Position numbers and translations under genes: made by a program | Assembly: GCA_951406725.2 (NCBI GenBank) | Contig: OX597817.1 | Location: forward strand, 128,960,001-129,024,000 | Source: Octopus vulgaris | Lineage: Eukaryota | DNA: 64,000 nucleotides | Direction of reading: 5' to 3' | The notes under the pieces: model-generated | Told to the model about the DNA's origin: nothing | Databases searched by the model: none | The model's input: only the letters and a program-made list of their open reading frames with translations | Shown: positions 40,325 to 56,459 of the stretch, one piece after another | Layout of the letters: every line of letters starts with the position of its first letter | How positions within the stretch are numbered: position 1 is the first letter of the stretch

Positions 40325-41562
40325 CAGGAGTTGGAAAAAATAATGGAAACACCTTAAAATTTCAAACAAATTTATTTTAATATGCGATAGGACACCTTTA
40401 GCAGTAATTACAGCTTGAATTCTACGAGGTATGGACTCGTACAAAGTTTGAATTGTTTCCGAAGGAATTTTTGTTCGTTGTTCAGCTAAAACTGTCTCCA
40501 ATCCTTGTAGTGCTGATGGTGGAGGATATCGACTCCTTACTTGCTTTTCTAAAATGTACCATAAATGTTCAATAATATTGATATTTGGGGACTGTGGTGG
40601 CCAGATAAGATGTTCAACTTTACTAGAATGTTCCTCGTGCCATTCAGTAACAACTTTAGCCGTGTGAATTGGTGCATTATTATCCTGAAAGATTGCGTTT
40701 GCCTCCGGAAACAGTTCCGCAAACATAGATGAATTTGATCAGATACAGTGCTTAGATAGTCTTGACTATTAATTCTGCCATGAAGGGAAACCATTGAGCC
40801 GGCGGATTTCCAAAATATAGCCCCACCCCGATCATCACATATCCTCCTCTATGTTTAGCAGTTGGGAGAAGGCACTCTGGGTCAAATGCTTCTTTTGGCT
40901 GACTCCACACGTATACTCTGCCGGTATACTCTGTCGGAAATAAGGTAAAGGATGACTCGTCCGAGAAAATAACATTCTTCCACTGCACTAGGAACCAATT
41001 CTGTAGGTTTTTACTCCACTCTAAAGTAGTGGTTTTCTGAATGCAGTCCTCCCGTGAAATCCTGCTTTGTGCAGCTCCCGGCGAACAGTTTTTGTGGAAA
41101 CTGGGTTCTCGAGGTTGTCATTAAGCTCTGCAGTAATTTTATGATCCTTTCTAACAATTCGTGTAAGTGTCCGACGGTCCTTATCTGAAAATTTTGGTTT
41201 TCTTCCGGAGTTTTGTTTCGTCGAGGAGATTTTTCCGTCTTTCTCAAGGGCTGTCATCACTTTCGAGACAGTACTTCTTGATACACCAAACATTTCGGCT
41301 ATTTTCGTTAAGATGGTGCCTGCCATACGAGCACCAACAATTTGACCTCTTTGAAAGTCCGATAGATCTGTTATTTTAATGAATTTTGATTACCTTTTTC
41401 TGAGGATATCTGAAAAGAAACAGCAATTTTAGCAAAACGTATTAAGCAACACTAATAATAAATCAGAAAACATAAAAATAAACAAGCTTTTGACGGTTTT
41501 ATAGATATTTCAAAATTATAATGATATGATGCTAGGTGTTTCCATTATTTTGTCTAACCCTG
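40325..41562 (-). mobile_element. Tc1-family transposon (DD34E), frameshifted
   Basis: TIRs CAGGAGTTGGAAAAAATAATGGAAACACCT and AGGTGTTTCCATTATTTTGTCTAACCCTG with TA flanks. Motifs WKNVIFSDES, FQDNNAPIH, WPPQSPNINIIEHLW and paired-like HTH with SGRKPK. Confidence 0.96.
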
Positions 41563-42171
41563 TATATATAAGTGTGTGTTTGTGTGTATGTGTGTGTGTG
41601 TGTATAATAACTATATGCATGATTATAACAAGCGATTGGCTATAAGCCTCTTTTGGGGGCGGGGAGTTTTTAAGGTAGTATTAGTGTCTTTTGGCGTCTA
41701 TTTCTAGCACCTGGAGAGACAATCCCTTGTTATAGTTAAGTATATAATTATCATAATATTTGTAAAATTCACCTACAAGGTTTTTATTTCTGCGCTGACC
41801 CCTTGGTAAAAATCATTAATGATTTTTACATTTTATTACGTGTGTGTGTGTGTGTAAGTTTGGTTGGATATACCATCCAGTTGAATACTGTGACATCTCA
41901 GCTGTGTTCCAGGTTACCGCTAAATACATCGATCAGTATTTAACATTTGTTACTGTTGTTAGTCGTCAGTCATTCTTTAAGTATGAACAAGCCTCCATGT
42001 TCTGTATCGTTATTTATATATATATATATATATATATTAGCGATCACGCAGACACGCATATATACACACACAGGCACACGCACGCTCGTAATTTATGCAT
42101 GCACGCACCAACGTGCACAGATACACATGCGTACGCATATAGTGTTTATCACTAACACATGCATACGATCA

Positions 42172-42224
<53 letters not shown>

Positions 42225-42905
42225 AAACACTTGAAAACATATACATAACTCTATGTGTACATATGAATCGATCAGTCCAGCTTTCAAGAAATACCAGCAA
42301 AACTGTCGTCAAAATACATTATATGATCTTTAAATGAATAACGTAGCCCGCGATAGAATATACTAGGAAAAAAAAACAGGAAAAAAGTACAGTGCGACTT
42401 GCCAATTCAATGAGAGCTGACCAAGGGTTGAAAAATCAAAAACAAAAATCGCATACAGATAAAAAGAACACCAGCAACAGCAACAACAACAAACAAAAAA
42501 AAACAGCGCTCCGACGCACAACCCTTTGCTTGGCCATGCGAAATAAAACGCTCGTCTAACACGTGTGCCGCCTCAATGGCACGGACAGTATTGTGGTAGC
42601 TCTTAGAATTATTTACCTAAACAATACTTGCAAACACACGCACGCATACATACAAAAAGACACACACACAGAAGCAATACACATAGACACGCATAACATA
42701 CAGGCCATCTATAATAACTACGGGAAACGTGGTGACATTTTTATTCACCAACATTCACACGCATAAGGGTCACGCGCAACATTCAGCAAATCGATTACAC
42801 ATTTACACAACTTAACACATTCACATACGCACATGTAAACGATATGTGTGTATATATATATATAAATATATATATATGTATGTATGTATACATACACACA
42901 CACAT

Positions 42906-42978
<73 letters not shown>

Positions 42979-43075
42979 TGAATATATAACAGGCTTCCAG
43001 ACATTTTCTGTCTAAAATTATATATATTTGCGTGTATGCCGAGGCATTTATAAATATTAAATATCTATCTATCTC

Positions 43076-43178
<103 letters not shown>

Positions 43179-43301
43179 ATATATATGTATGTATGTATAC
43201 GTATGTAATCTATGTATGCATGTGCGTATACACACACACACACGCACACACGCACGCACAGACACACACACTAACATACACACAGATGCATACATACATA
43301 A

Positions 43302-43374
<73 letters not shown>

Positions 43375-43411
43375 TGTGTGTGTGTGTGTGTGTATACATA
43401 TATATATATAG

Positions 43412-43578
43412 CAAGCTTCTAGACAGTTTCCGTCTACCAAATTCACTCCCTCAAAGACATTTGTCTATCAGGTTTCTATAGTAGAAGACGCTTTCCTGAT
43501 ATACCACACAGTAGGATTGAACCCGAAACCATGTGTTTGCCAAGTATGTTTCTTAACCACAGAGCCATGCTTGCATCT
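43412..43578 (-). mobile_element. SINE family A head, decayed
   Basis: CAGTTTCCGTCTACCAAATTCAC...GAAACCATGTG. Confidence 0.75.
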
Positions 43579-44070
43579 ATGGGGACCTACCGATTTCTAT
43601 CTCCCTCCCCACCCAATCCCCGAGAAAATTACGATTTCACCAACTAACATGCCAGCGGGTGAGGCTTCAACCTCGTCGGTCGGCTTGACAGACATTGAAA
43701 ATATAAAGTAAGACAAATTGTGTACATCTGTCTTTTATATCGTTTACGTGTCTCTTATATACATTGTCTTAAAATTTATCAATACGATCAATACTACAGT
43801 ATAGGATCGAAACGAAACAAAGCTAACGCACCATTGATTTTTTTAACAAAGCCAGATATTATTCTGATAAAATTTTAGGAGATTGGGATCACCACCCCAG
43901 AGCTTCCCCGATTTCGTTATCCCCAAGTATTTCGAAACGTCAGAAAATTTCCCTTTTCATTTTTAATTCTTCGTTGATAAATTAATTTATTTAGATTACT
44001 GTATTTTAGAAATATCAACATTACGCGTTCAACACTCACGAAAAGATGTCTGGCTGTGCTGCAAGAAGTC

Positions 44071-44127
44071 TCGGTCTGCCCAAAGCCTCGTAAGTGGATT
44101 TGGCAGACGGAAACTGAAAGAAGCTCG

Positions 44128-44171
<44 letters not shown>

Positions 44172-44420
44172 GTGTATGTATGTATATGTGTGAGGTGGGG
44201 AGAAAAAGAGAGAGGGAGAGTTTTTATATCTGCCATCTCACTTCTTGACAACCAGTGTTAGATTCTTTACATCTCCGTAACGTAACGGTTCGGCAAAAGA
44301 GAATGACAGAATAAGTATTAGACTTACAAAAATAAAAAAAAAAGATGGAACAGTTTGTTCGACTAAAACCTTTCATACCAGTGCTCCAGCATGGCTGCGG
44401 TCTATGACAAAAACAAGTGA
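44071..44420 (+). mobile_element. SINE family A, 5'-truncated
   Basis: GTGGATTTGGCAGACGGAAACTGAAAGAAG, internal microsatellite and tail. Confidence 0.82.
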
Positions 44421-44576
44421 ATGATAACAGATAGTAAATAAAACTATGTATTTTAAATAGAGGTATGAGGAAACAAAGAAAGATGAAAATGATCTGAATA
44501 TGTAGACATGTGTGCATGTGTGTGTGAGTGAGTGAGTGTGTGCGTGTGCGTTGTGCATGCGTGTGTGTGTGGTGTG

Positions 44577-44623
<47 letters not shown>

Positions 44624-44941
44624 GACTCCGCCGGTTACGACGACGAGGGTCCCAGCTGATACGATCAACGGAACAGCTTGCTCGTGAAATTAACGTGCAA
44701 ATGGCTGAGCATTCCACAGACACGTGTACCCTTAACGTAGTTCTCGGGGATAATCAGCGTGACACAGAGAGTGACAAGGCTGACCCTTTGAAATACAAGT
44801 ACAACTCATTTTTGCCAGCTGAGTGGACTGGAGCAACGTGAATTAAAGTGTCTTGCTCAAGGACACAACGCGTCGCCGGGAATCGAACTCACAACCTTAC
44901 GATCATGAGCCGAATGCCCTAACCACTAAGCCACGCGCCCT

Positions 44942-44943
<2 letters not shown>
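44624..44943 (-). mobile_element. Full-length SINE family D
   Basis: Reverse complement head TGGCTTAGTGGTTAGG / GAGTTCGATTCCC, core TTGTGTCCTTGAGCAAGACACTT, tail TCGTCGTAACCGGCGGAGT. Confidence 0.9.
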
Positions 44944-44997
<54 letters not shown>

Positions 44998-45169
44998 TGC
45001 ATACACACAGACATATAACCATACAAATACAAACAAATACATATACACATACACACACATACACAACACACACATACATACGCATACACACATATCTGTA
45101 TGTATATATATATATAGATAGAGAGAGAGAGAGAGAGAGGGATGCTAGCATAAAAAGTGGATGTTAAAA

Positions 45170-45225
<56 letters not shown>

Positions 45226-45226
45226 C

Positions 45227-45258
<32 letters not shown>

Positions 45259-45375
45259 CGATGACGACGACAATGATATACCTATATATTAGCTGTAACT
45301 TTCTCGCATTCTCTCTCTCTTTCTCTCTCTCTGTCCTCTTTTTCTATAGTTCATCTCCTATTTTGTAACTCTTTC

Positions 45376-45446
<71 letters not shown>

Positions 45447-45456
45447 CTCTTTCATA

Positions 45457-45512
<56 letters not shown>

Positions 45513-46110
45513 ATATAATTCTATATATAAAATTTTATTGTTTTGTAATGTTTCTTAATGGGTTTGTCTGGAGAAAGGGGCTGTGCCTATGCAGAGCTTT
45601 CGCAGGGTCTACGAGACCGTTTGACATACCTAGTCTCCCTTTCAAATGTCTTCTGAACTCCCTCTAACCTTTCTTTAGAATATACATGGAATATTATTGC
45701 ATTTATGTGTTTATGTGCGTTGGCATGTATATGTGTATATATGCCAGCTCATACATTCATTTATATACCCATTAGCGCCTAAAGCTATACACAATTACGA
45801 TGCAGAAAGATGGATAAAGAGAGAGAAGAGAGTATGGGCGCGCCTGTGTATGAATGTGTGTATCTGTGCCTCTGTGAGTGTGTGTGTGTGTGTATGTATG
45901 TGTGTGTGTCTGCGTGTGTAGCCACGCCCATATTTCAATCTTTTCTCGTCGGATTCTAACCATTTACTCTTCCTCTCCCCCTTTACCTCACTTTATTATT
46001 TGTCAGTCGCCCTCCATCCGTTTCTTCTAGTTATCCTTCATTTTTTTTCTCGCTTCATTAGCACACACACACGCACGCACACACACACACAAATCTTTGT
46101 AAATGTACTG

Positions 46111-46142
<32 letters not shown>

Positions 46143-46280
46143 TAGATATAAACACACTCACATATATGCAAATACATATATATACACATATATATATATA
46201 TATAACTACATACATAAATGCATATATAATATATAACATATATGTGTATAATTGATATACACATACATCTACACATGCAG

Positions 46281-46316
<36 letters not shown>

Positions 46317-46383
46317 TGTGTGCGCGCGTGTGTGTATGCGCGCGTGTGTGTATGCGTATGTGTCCATTTATGTATTTATGTGC

Positions 46384-46421
<38 letters not shown>

Positions 46422-46506
46422 AAATATATATATACATGCATATATACCTAAATTCGCGTATGTATATATGTACGTGCGTACCTGCGCATATCTGCCTTTC
46501 TGTCTA

Positions 46507-46537
<31 letters not shown>

Positions 46538-46561
46538 GTCTGTCTGCATGTATGTATGTAC

Positions 46562-46604
<43 letters not shown>

Positions 46605-46928
46605 GTGTGTGGTGGTTTTACACCGAACTAAAATGCAATTAAAAGTAAAAATAAAGGTCCTGAGTACTATTAGTGTGTCTCGTTATTCCTATTTTTCAGT
46701 CGCCTGAATCCCAACAAAGACGAACTTGAAATAACGACTTAAGTTGATTCGAAATTCAGCCTTGAATATACATTATTTATATATATATAGATAGATACTT
46801 TCAATCATGCATATGTGTTGTGAGAGCACTTATATTTGACCATATAATAAACCGTCGCTAAGATTGGAATAAAAGAAGAAAATAATGAAGAACCACAAAT
46901 GGTTTATAATTCGTGAATACATACATAT

Positions 46929-47300
46929 AGCGCAGGAGTGGTAAGAAGCTTGCTTCCCAACCACATGGTTCCGGGTTCAGTTCTACTGCATAGCACCTTG
47001 GGCAACTGTCTTCTACTAAAGCCTCAGGCCGAATAAAGCCTCGTGAGTGGATTTGGTGGACAGACTCTGAAAGAAGCCCGTCATATATGTGTGTTTGTAT
47101 GTATGTATTTGTACGTTTCTGTTTGTGCCCCCATCCGATGCTGGTGTGTTTACGTCCCCGTAACTTATCAGTTCAGTAAAAGAGACCGATAGAATAAGTA
47201 CTAGGCTTACAAAGAATAAGTCCTGGGGTAGATTTGTTCGACTAAAGGTGTTGCTCTAGCATGGCTGCACTCAAATGACTAAAACAAGTAAAAGTAAATG
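46929..47300 (+). mobile_element. SINE family A
   Basis: Aligns to 5335-5768 with a short internal microsatellite. Confidence 0.9.
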
Positions 47301-47625
47301 AATAAAAGAATACATACATACATACATACATACATACATACATACATACATACATACATACATACATACATACATACATACATGTATATTTTAGTTACGA
47401 TAGTTCCCGGTGTTTGTAAATGTGTGCTTGAGTTGTTGTGCTGGTTTAAAATATTGGTGCTTACACCTGAGTGTATGCGTATTTTCATATAAAGATCTCA
47501 GATGAAGAACTTTTGGGATGTCTTACAAATCCCTATTGTCCCACTTATCGATTGGATTTGGAGAAACCGCATCAGTTTCTTCCGTTCTTTCTCAGTAAAA
47601 CCGACCCTAGTACTAGGTTTTTGTG

Positions 47626-47677
<52 letters not shown>

Positions 47678-48091
47678 ATCATCTCGCACGGAGCAGTCTT
47701 GAATAAAATTCATTCGTGTAAAGTCTTATTTAACACTTCGATTACATTCAGACATACAAAGCCTTTATACTGCAAAGATAGTACCTGGCGAAAAACCGGA
47801 AAAATTATTTACAAATGCATTCATGGAATTTAAATGCATAATTTGATTGATTGCATCAGATTCCCGAACTCTAAAGAAATAGATATTAGTTAATAGGAAA
47901 ATTCATTATCAGATTTCATGTGAATTCACGAGCAGCAAATTAAAGCTCTCAAAAATTTTTTATTATTCCAATTTTTATAAACTGCAGGATTGATATGAAT
48001 TTAAGATAATGTTTAAACAAAAGAATTTTATAAAGACGTTCAAATCTGCTCCGAATATTCATTTGAATTTTATTTAAAATTAAAGAGAATT

Positions 48092-48538
48092 AAAATCAGA
48101 AATATTGCATTTCTAAATCTCTAAGAGAGTCTTAAACAGTTGCAGCACGATAAAGTCATGGTTTGTTGCCAACTTAATGTGGAAGTCCCAGGGAAGAGTA
48201 TTTAGCCCCAGGAAACATCGTTTCCAGTTGGCTACGTGACATAAGCGTTCTGTGTCCGTAGGTTTTCAAACAGAGGAGATAAGCAACTCCACGATCAAAG
48301 CTAGTATCCACAGACCAGTTTCAGAGTCATTGCTCTTTATCAGTCTGGAGTAGCTTGACTTGTAAGCAGTCAATGCTTATTTGCCTTTGAAACCTTATAG
48401 AATTTCAAGTGAAATAACTACACTGACCTACAAAATTAGAAATATTGCATTTCTAAATCTCCCAGAGAGACTTATACAGGATCAGCACGATAAAGTGATG
48501 GTTTGTTGTCAACTTAATATGGCAGTCCCAGGAAAGGG
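48092..48538. repeat. ~105-bp diverged direct repeat (48092-48198, 48432-48538)
   Basis: AGAAATATTGCATTTCTAAATCTC..CAGCACGATAAAGT..GTCCCAGG occurs twice, 340 bp apart. Confidence 0.9.
48307..48349 (-). ncRNA. Minimal hammerhead-like motif (CTGATAA variant)
   Basis: Reverse complement: TCCAGA-CTGATAA-AGAG-caatga-CTCT-GAAAC-tg-GTC-TGTGGA. Confidence 0.55.
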
Positions 48539-49043
48539 AAGAATGCTACTGCTATATAGCCCCACTATGAAACCGTTGATATACTGGAAGGGTTTTTTGT
48601 ATATATCTCTCCTTAGTTATGGACCAATGTCTTATAGTTATAGTAATCTTTATCGTATCGATATATATCTGTAGTTAATTGTAAAACAGAAATAACTCAT
48701 GCAAATAACGATAGAAAATAAGATGTGAATATACGCGTATGCCGGAAATTCATTGACTACTGTGCACAACTTAGAAAAAGACAAGCTATATTCAAACACA
48801 CACACACACACACACACAAATGCAAACACACACACATACACAAGTACACACACGCACACACACAAATATAAACACACACTCACACAAATACACACAGAAG
48901 CATGAATACATATATATTTTCATGTGTGAATGTACGTATGTATATATGTACGTATGTACGTGCGTATGTGTGTATGCATAGACTCAAAAAAGCTGCTTAT
49001 ATACGGCAGAGGCTTTATACTTACTATCACGAATTTATGAGTT

Positions 49044-49102
<59 letters not shown>

Positions 49103-49275
49103 GGCGGGGTACCTTGGGTAAAAGAAAATACAGGAGGATCTATTAATTATGATTTTATTCAACATATTCCCCTTCCAGTTTCACGCATTTATTGCAGCAG
49201 GCCTTCAGTTCTTCTAATGCCTGTACAAGACCTCGGAAGGTTAGGAATCCAATGAGGTCTTTCGCGATACTCAAT

Positions 49276-50142
49276 GGGTAAATTGTTTTATAATTTTAAT
49301 TTCGCGCACGCGCATTGTTTGTTTTTGATTTTGTTGACTACACAGTGTAGAAGGCTCACTTGGGAGCCATCTGTGAGAAAAACAGCACCATGACGCAATT
49401 CACTCAGCCAGAACTTTGCAAACGACATGCTGCACTGCTTGGCATTCGGGACGGAAGCTCCAATATAAACATTTCAGAGTGTTTAGGTGTCAATCTGAGG
49501 ACAGTGCAATCTGAGGACAGTGCAATCTGAGGACATGTACCGAGAGTGATAAAAATCAAACATCCAGTCAACATCGTGGTGTTTGGAGTAATCACTAGTG
49601 ATGGCGACGTTATGCCTCCATTCATCTTCCCACCGAGCCGCAGACTCAACACGGAGGCCTACATCAACTGCTTGGAGGAGATAGTGCTGCCCTGGAACAT
49701 GAGGATGGCTACTGGAAGACCCTGTGTCTGGCAACGGGACCCCGTACATGCCACAGAAAAGAAGAACCCAGTCATGGCTGTCAGACAATTGCCGCGACCA
49801 CATCAGCCCTAACATCTGGTCATCTAACTCCCCAGATTGCAATACCTTTGATTGTTATATGTGGGGCGCAGTTGAGCGAGAGACCAACAAAACTTCTTGT
49901 AACACCAAAGATAAACTGAAGGCAAGGATTATGCCAGCATTCACCAACTTAAACAATAAGAGCTTCCAGAAGAGTTGCAGGAGATTCCGAAGTCGTCTGG
50001 AGGCCGTGGCTGAAGCGAATGCCGATTTTATTAAATAAATTTGTTCTTTACTAATTTCAAGATAACTTTATGTAATTTTGGTAAATATATCTGCTAAAAT
50101 GAGATGTACGTGCTATTTAGATGACAGTTTATTCACTGCACC

Positions 50143-50146
<4 letters not shown>
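49276..50146 (+). mobile_element. Internally deleted maT/DD37D-like Tc1/mariner element
   Basis: KHPVNIVVFGVITSDG..PPFIF, YINCLEEIVLPW, WQ.D and WSSNSPDCNTFDCYMWG. Ends CACCCTG-TA. Confidence 0.8.
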
Positions 50147-50220
<74 letters not shown>

Positions 50221-51216
50221 CACATTAAAATATGTGTATAAATGTGTGGATATATGTATGCATATCTATGTATGTATATATATACACACACTTTTCATAT
50301 ATTATCTGCGAATATATATATATATGTATATATATATATGTATGTATATTTGCATTATGTACGTATGTGTATGTATACAAATGTCATGTAGTTTATACAC
50401 ACACATACATAAACGTATACATATATAAACATGTTCACAAAAGCATGCACACATTCTTATATGTATGGATACATATATATGCGATTACACACATACATAC
50501 ATACATACATACACCCCCCCCAACACACACACACACATTATCACACACATAACCACACGCACGCACTCACAGACACACATTACCTATCAAGCAAGCGTCT
50601 TCTAGTCACGTGACGAGTAATTGAAGGCGCTTTCAGCAGCTGTATGTTAATGACAACATGTAGAGACGGACTGGATTATACCTAGAACATCTTAAAAGCT
50701 ACAGGCTTTGTTGTGGTGGTTATTGTTATTCTCCTTTTTCTTCACTCCTTTCCTGGTCTTCTTACTATTCGGCTTAATCCTGTTGCCCTTCTCTTATCCG
50801 CCATTTTCTTCCCATTTACGTTAAATCAGCAGTTTGCTGTATTCATGGCAATATATATTTTTTTAATTTCATGCGTTTCGTTTATACTTTCACCATAATA
50901 CCTTTCGCAAATAGTTGATTAAATGCACGAAGGAAATTTTATGTATATGTGTGTGTGTGAGTGAGTATGTGTGAGTGTGTGTGTGTGTGTGCGTGTGTGA
51001 ATGTGTGTGTGTGCGAATGTGTGCGAAAGTGTGAATGTGTGTGTCGTGAATGTAGGATGTATGCTTAAGTATATATATATATATATAAAATATATAAAAA
51101 TACAAAATGGGACAAGAACGCAAAACATTCAAATAGACGGTACAAAAAACGGACGGGTCATTCGAAGCCTCTAATATTCAGTCAAGAACCGGATCATCTT
51201 CGCAATTTCGGGTGAT

Positions 51217-52894
<1,678 letters not shown>

Positions 52895-53329
52895 CATATA
52901 TATGCTGGTTATAGAAAATATAGGTTTATACCCTGGTTATAGAAATTATAAAATCAAATCCTAAAACTATCTTTAAGTTTACCAAAAGAACTGTCTTAGT
53001 GAGTTGCGGAGTAGGGCCTCTCTTTCCAAGAGAATGACTCCCTCGCGGGTAACCCAATGGAGGTGAGGGAAATACTGAATGAGTAATTCAAAATTGGCGT
53101 CACCCTACCCTTAAGCACATGCCAGTTAGCAAACCTGTAGAGTTCTTTGCCATCACAGATATAAAAAGGCAGGCAGTTAAACTTGATTAAATCGATATAA
53201 AAGAAGCTAAATCCGAACTCAAACTGCTGGCCCAGACTGTTTCCCAGCAATCCTTCTAAAATCGCGTAAAGGTGCCCTAGCAAAACTCCTGCAATCTTTC
53301 TTCCAAAGTTTCTTAGCAAGTGCCAAGCG

Positions 53330-54180
53330 TCGAGGCAAGCTGAAGGAAGCAATAATTTGTCTTATTCGTAAAGGAGGTAGCAGAGCGGATGCCCAGAGTT
53401 ATAGGCCTCTCTCTTTAAGCTCGCTTATTAGCAAAGTCATGGAAAAGGTAGTCCGTAGGATAGTAGTCGTGCTCCTGTAAGAATATGATTTGCTGACTGA
53501 CAGTTTGGTTTCCGACACGAAGAAGCTCCCTCGTACAGCTTTTACAACACTATGACTGGGTGTTGAAAGAGCTGCTTAAATTGAAACAGCTGTGCATAGT
53601 GGCAGTCTCAGATATGCCCTCATCCACACTGAAAGACATCCTCACAAGTTATACGGATGGCACAAATGTCTCATAGGTAATATAAAACCTTGATGATGGC
53701 ATGCACCTACAACAAGAGTTAGATGCAATTTAGAAGTCGTCTGATGAAAATAACATGCAATTTAATGCTGTAAAGTTCGAAGCTCTACAGACGAAGTTAT
53801 GCAGACAAAATACACTGAAGTTGAAGGTGTCGCAGTTCCAGAATCACAATCAGTACGTGACCTGGGCAGTGACACGAGTAGTGAGACATCCTTCCATGTA
53901 GATATTACTAAGTTGTCAATGAAATACAGGCTTCTGACCGGATGGATTCTTAAAAATGTCAGAACGAGAGAGAAGGAAATTATGATGGTCCTCGGGAGGT
54001 CTTTTGTTCTAAGCCTCCTCCATTATTGCTCACAACTATGTGTGAAATTAAATATGAAGCATTCCAGGGGAGTTACAGGAAAATGAGAGCCTTAATGCTG
54101 CAAATTAGCTGCTGGGAAAGACTATTCCCTGGGACGAAGGCGGAGAAGATATGTTGCAATATACATCTGGAAGATTCAGG
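53330..54180 (+). mobile_element. Decayed CR1/L2-type LINE RT fragment
   Basis: YRPLSLSSLISKVMEKVV, FGFR, LQQELDAI..ENNMQFN and VRDLG in broken frames. Confidence 0.75.
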
Positions 54181-54357
54181 AATGACTTGGGGTGAGATGT
54201 GGGGTGAGGAATTGGGGTGGAGGTGTGGGTAGGCATGGGGTATGTGGGAGTGGATTGTATAGGGTGGGGTGGATGGAGGGAGTATTAATGAAGGGAGAAG
54301 GTAGGTAGGAGTGAAGAGAGGAAATAGGTGTCAGATGAAGAGAGGAGAGAAGGGGAG

Positions 54358-55184
54358 TCAGACAAAGAGGGGAGAGGAGTTAATCGCATGTGGGGCAAAG
54401 GAGCGAAGAGAGAAGATTAATTTCTGTTCATGGCGGAGGCGGGAGTCCGGATGGCCCCTGTACAAAGACAATCCAAACACAGACAGGTGTTGTAATGAAT
54501 GACCGGTTGAGCGGAAATGGTGCGAGACCAAGATGTCATTGTCGAGTCTAATATATCGGATGTGCTCCGCGAAGCGGTCAACCAAGCGGCGTCCCGTTTG
54601 ACCGATGTACGGATAAGAGCAGAAAGAGCAAGAGATGCAGTAAATGACGTTTCTAGAAGTACAGGTAAAGGAGTCAGTGGTACGATAGGGACGATGATAG
54701 GTGCCTGTGAGGATGGTAGTGTTGGAGAGGTAGGGGCAAGTGCAGTAGCGTGGGCGGACGCAGGGGAGTGAGCCAGGTTGGGAGGTGGGGTTATGGAAGA
54801 AACTGTGGACCAGGAGGTCACGTAGGTTGTGGGCTCGTTTGAAGGAGGGAAAGGGTAGATTGGAGAAGATGTACGAAGTGGAGGGGCCGCACTGGAGTCG
54901 CCGGAATGCTCAGAGAATGATTAACTGGATGGGCAAGGTGGAAGGGCGGTAGGTGAAGAGAACGGGAGATGGGCAAAGGCGGGACGGGTGCGAGGAGAGA
55001 GAACAGAGTCACGTTCCACCGAACATGCTCTGGCAAGGGTGGTGTGGATAGTGGTGAGGGGATATCCACGAACGATGAAGTGCTAGCCATGACTTGAGTC
55101 CCAAAGTCATGGTTGTCACTGGAGCGCCTGCGCAGATGGAGGAATTGGGTGTAGGCGATGGAGAGCTTGGTGTGGGCAGGGCAT
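54358..55184 (-). mobile_element. Penelope-like element fragment with GIY-YIG endonuclease
   Basis: Minus frame FTCTSRNVIYCISCSFCSYPYIGQTGRRLVDRFAEH..VSHHF..HEQKLIFSLRSFAPHAIN, with a Cys-rich linker upstream. Cut off by the mariner at 55187. Confidence 0.9.
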
Positions 55185-55186
55185 TA

Positions 55187-56399
55187 TCAGGTTGGTGCAA
55201 AAGTAATGTCCGATTTCTAGAAAAAATGTTTCAAAGCGAATTTATCAATTTTTTAACCTCTTCTTATTGTTTTAAGATATCTCTGTATTTAATTTGTACT
55301 ATTTTCTTTCTAACTTCTGGCCATAATTCTCAGAAAGCTTTACCACCATGTTTATCCCATCTAAAGATCACATAAGAAATGTTTTACTCTACGAGTTTCA
55401 TAAAGCAGCAAGATCTATTCAGAGCACTTATGGGGATGATGTAGTGAATGAAAGAATTTGCAGGAGATGGTTTTCCCATTTCAGAAGAAAGAAGAACCAA
55501 AAGAAAGTCGTCCAAAAAAAACTTGATTCCGAACTGCTGGAAGCTCTTGTTTCAGAGAACCTTACCGTTACCACTAGGGAACTTGCAGAACAGTTAAACG
55601 TGGCCCATACAACCGTGGTACGCCAGCTAAAACACATTGGAAAGCTTTCAATGGCTGGATTATTGGGTCCTTCGCGAGCTGTCTCCAGAGAATCGACAAC
55701 AGCGTGCTGCTTGTTGTCAATCATTGCTTTCGCGACACTTTGAAGCAACATTTATAGACAGGTTTGTTACAGGTGATGAGAAGTGGATTCTTTAGCATAA
55801 TGTTAAACGCCGCTGTTCTTGGATCAGTCGAGGAGGACGCCCAGTTCAATAACCGAGAGCAGGACTTCATCCAAAGAAGATTATGTTGAGTGTATGGTGG
55901 GATATTAAAGGAATAATCCATTATGAACTGTTGGGCAACAACCAAACAATTAATGTTAATCTTTACTGTGAGCAACTTCGTCGTTTGAAAGCAGTTCTGA
56001 AACAAAAGCGAGCATACTTGGTTAACAGAAAGGGTGTCATCTTCCATCATGATAATGCTCGTCCTCACACAGCTTGGAAGAACTTGGTTGGGAAATACTG
56101 CCTCATCCTCCGTATTCTCCTGACCTTGCTCCTTCTGATTACCATTTGTTCCGAGGACTACAGAACCATTTTGATGGACTTAGGTTAACAACAAGAGAAG
56201 AGATTGAAAATGGGTTGGATTAATATTTTGGTTCTTAATCTACAGAATTTTACAAGCGAGGCAATTATAAGGTTATTGAAAAATAGAATGAGGTCATTGA
56301 AAGCAATGGACTGTATGTTAATGAATAAATATTTCCATAGGCATTGGCTTATTCTTTTTTACCTTAGATCTTTAAATCGGACATTATTTTTGCACTAAC

Positions 56400-56403
<4 letters not shown>
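55187..56403 (+). mobile_element. Near-full-length mariner (DD34D), frameshifted
   Basis: TIRs TCAGGTTGGTGCAAAAGTAATGTCCGATTT and AAATCGGACATTATTTTTGCACTAACCTGA with TA flanks. Motifs VTGDEKW, MLSVWWD, FHHDNARPH and HPPYSPDLAPSDYHLF. Confidence 0.96.

Positions 56404-56459
<56 letters not shown>

Noticed and set aside
47495-47610. CAGATGA-containing island next to (TA)n
   Set aside because: Both core boxes are non-canonical and the stems are unconvincing.
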